Source of the DNA: an uncultured Pseudomonadota bacterium
GTDB lineage: Bacteria > Pseudomonadota > Alphaproteobacteria > JACZXZ01
Length of the DNA stretch: 64,000 nt
Direction: 5' to 3'
Assembly: GCA_963749075.1 (NCBI GenBank)
Contig: CAVVLJ010000017.1
Coordinates: 1,056,001 to 1,120,000 of the forward strand
Position numbers and translations under genes: made by a program. Under the pieces are notes generated by a model, which did no database searches, was not told the DNA's origin, and saw only the letters and a program-made list of their open reading frames with translations. Of this stretch, positions 61,765-64,000 are shown one piece after another. Each line of letters starts with the position of its first letter. Positions within the stretch are counted from its first letter, which is position 1.

Positions 61765-62799
61765 ATGAGCGCCGAGCGACCCACGAGCGGCAAGCGCGCC
61801 GCCAAGCCGGAGGAGAGCGACGAGATCGCGCGCCTGGCCGCAGCACTCGCGCGCGGCGAGCGCCGGGCGCTGGCGCGCGCCATCACGCTCGTCGAATCGA
61901 CGCGGGCCGATCACCGCGCCGCGGCCGCTGCACTCCTCGAGCGGCTCATGCCGGCCACGGGCAAGGCGATCCGCCTCGGCATCTCGGGCGTGCCCGGGGT
62001 GGGCAAATCGAGCTTCATCGAAGCCTTCGGCCTCACCCTCACGGGACGCGGCCACCGCTTGGCGGTGCTCGCGGTCGATCCCTCCTCCAAGCGCGGCGGC
62101 GGCTCGATCCTTGGCGACAAGACGCGCATGGAGAAGCTGGCGCTCGATGACGCTGCCTTCATCCGCCCCTCGCCCACTGGCGGCACGCTCGGCGGCGTGA
62201 CGCGCCGCACGCGCGAGGCCATCCTCGTCGCCGAGGCGGCAGGCTTCGACGTCGTCGTCGTCGAGACGGTCGGCGTCGGCCAGTCGGAGACCGCGGTCGC
62301 CGACATGGTCGACATGTTCATCCTCCTCGTGCAGCCCGCGGGCGGCGACGAGCTGCAAGCGCTGAAGCGCGGCATCATGGAGCTCGCCGACCTTGTCGTC
62401 GTGACCAAATCCGACGGCGAGCTCATGGCCGCCGCCAACCGCGCCGCCGCCGACTACCGCCGCGCCCTCCAGCTCGTCATGCCCCGCACGCCCGGCTGGC
62501 GCGTGCCGGTGCGGCAATGCTCGGCCGTGACCGGCAAGGGCATCGCCGAGGTGTGGCAGAGCGTCGAGCAATATCATGCGGCAGCATACGGCACGGGCGA
62601 GCTCGCGGCGCGCCGCGCCGAGCAGGTGCTGAGCTGGTTCGCGAGCGAGCTCCAGGACGGCCTCCTCGCAGCACTCAAGAGCCATCCCCATGCGGGCCCG
62701 CTGATGCGCGAGATGGAAGCCGAGGTGGCGGCCGGCCGGCTCAGCCCGGCGGCGGCGGCGGCGCGGCTCCTGGCGGCATTCCGCGGCGGCGGGAGTTGA
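61765..62799 (+). CDS. meaB: Methylmalonyl-CoA mutase-associated GTPase
   Basis: GVPGVGKS, DPSS, GSILGDKTRM, ETVGVGQSE, GDELQ. Confidence 0.95.
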   Translation: MSAERPTSGKRAAKPEESDEIARLAAALARGERRALARAITLVESTRADHRAAAAALLERLMPATGKAIRLGISGVPGVGKSSFIEAFGLTLTGRGHRLAVLAVDPSSKRGGGSILGDKTRMEKLALDDAAFIRPSPTGGTLGGVTRRTREAILVAEAAGFDVVVVETVGVGQSETAVADMVDMFILLVQPAGGDELQALKRGIMELADLVVVTKSDGELMAAANRAAADYRRALQLVMPRTPGWRVPVRQCSAVTGKGIAEVWQSVEQYHAAAYGTGELAARRAEQVLSWFASELQDGLLAALKSHPHAGPLMREMEAEVAAGRLSPAAAAARLLAAFRGGGS

Positions 62800-62871
62800 C
62801 GGCGCTGGCATGACCGGAGGACGCTTGCGCCGGGATTTTGGGATACGAGGCGCCGATTTAGGACGGCATCA

Positions 62872-63561
62872 ATGGATGACATCGATAGGCCGGTATTCAA
62901 AGGCGAATCCCCGCCATTTCCGCCGTTCGATAGGGTGGCGCTCGTTCGATTGATAAAGATGGTCTTAAGGCCGCGCTGTCGGATGGCCGAAATCGGCTGC
63001 TGGCTGGGCACCGGAAGCACGCAAGTGTTCATCGAAAACCTGTCGGCCCTGGGCGGCACGCTGTTCTGCATCGATACGTGGCGCGGGAGTCCGAACGTCG
63101 CGGAGCATCAAAGGATGATCGCGGAGTATGACGTATTCCGCACGTTCATGCTCAATGCCGACAGCCCCGTCGTCAAGCCGATCCGGGCGAGAAGCGCCGA
63201 CGCGGCCAAGACTTTCGACGATCGGTCGCTCGATCTCGTTTTCATCGACGGCGATCACTGCTACGCCGAAGTCATGCAAGATATCGCCGCATGGAGGCCG
63301 AAGCTCAGATCAGGCGGGATCCTTTGCGGGCACGATTGCGAAATCAGAGTCGGGAAAGAGAACGCCGACCTTCTCAAGCTTCATCGTGAAGCCGATACCA
63401 TAGAGAGCCCGGACACCAGATTTTTGCAGCTTCACCCCGGCAGTATCCTGGCGGTTCACGAGATGTTTGCCGGCCGTGCCAAACTATTCTCGGACGAGGA
63501 GTTCCGTCTTGAGACAGGCGCGCGCGGTTATTCCTGCGTCTGGTGGACAAAGTCGCCGTAG
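62872..63561 (+). CDS. Class I SAM-dependent methyltransferase (Methyltransf_24-like)
   Basis: EIGCWLG.GST, IDTW, DLVFIDGDH, GGILCGHD; lower GC. Confidence 0.82.
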   Translation: MDDIDRPVFKGESPPFPPFDRVALVRLIKMVLRPRCRMAEIGCWLGTGSTQVFIENLSALGGTLFCIDTWRGSPNVAEHQRMIAEYDVFRTFMLNADSPVVKPIRARSADAAKTFDDRSLDLVFIDGDHCYAEVMQDIAAWRPKLRSGGILCGHDCEIRVGKENADLLKLHREADTIESPDTRFLQLHPGSILAVHEMFAGRAKLFSDEEFRLETGARGYSCVWWTKSP

Positions 63562-63665
63562 CGGCCGTTAGTCCGGACGGCGCGTCTCGGCCCCTCGTGG
63601 CGGCTGATCGGATATCGCCACTGCGCCCTAATTCGGCCAGCACCCAGCTGAGCGAGCGCCGCGAG

Positions 63666-63695
63666 TTTTCCACGTAATCCCCGGGATTATCCACA
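63666..63695. promoter_or_regulatory. DnaA-box cluster
   Basis: Perfect TTATCCACA at 63687-63695; weaker TTTTCCACG (63666-63674) and TAATCCCCG (63675-63683). Confidence 0.5.
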
Positions 63696-63876
63696 GCATA
63701 CTCGCGGCGGAAAATGGGAACAGCGCGCGAAGCCGCGGAAAATCCGCGCGATGGCGCACGCCGGGCTGTGGGCCGTCCGGTGCGCAACGGCGCGCGCGCT
63801 CTGGCCCATCCGCGATTGGTTTTTCGCGGCATATCGCCTATCGTTGACGGAAGAGGCGCGCCCTCGCGCCGAGGAT

Positions 63877-64000
63877 ATGACGATGAGCGAAAGCACAGGC
63901 ACCCTCTTCCCCGCCGTCCCGCTCCGCGCCGGTGCGGCACCGCGGCACACGACCGGCATCCTCCCCTACCAGGCGCTCAAGGAGCTCATCCGCAATAAGG
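63877..64000 (+). CDS. dcd: dCTP deaminase, N-terminal fragment (runs off the window)
   Basis: MTMSESTGTLFP..HTTGILPYQALKELIR resembles the alphaproteobacterial Dcd N-terminus; not in the ORF track. Confidence 0.6.
   Translation, partial: MTMSESTGTLFPAVPLRAGAAPRHTTGILPYQALKELIRNK

Overview
High-GC alphaproteobacterial chromosomal window (Rhodospirillales-like gene content, inferred). 135-16416 is the right-hand part of a type VI secretion cluster (tssH-hcp-vgrG-DUF6931-tagH-tssJKLM-tagF-PP2C phosphatase). It is capped by a convergent small gene that reads as a ThsB/DUF1863-like TIR domain with Ala at the inferred catalytic Glu. Next come betA with an ABC importer, HAD and agmatinase-family block; kdgK-eda; a TPP-riboswitch thiOSGE operon; a His6 peptidoglycan-binding protein; a motif-degenerate PdeM; zur; ctaA; a lower-GC orphan gene; usg; and CIRCE-groESL. 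The second half holds araC/lysE, terB-like, a broken MFS gene, dinG-like helicase, an amidohydrolase whose 5' end is duplicated around two small exported genes, class I lysS, pyrD, scpA and meaB split by two vapBC modules around an Atm1-type exporter, a methyltransferase, and the start of dcd behind DnaA boxes. Two families of short palindromic intergenic repeats recur. No rRNA, tRNA, CRISPR or transposase was seen. Several single-base frameshifts suggest possible sequencing indels. Family calls come from motif recognition only, with no database searches.
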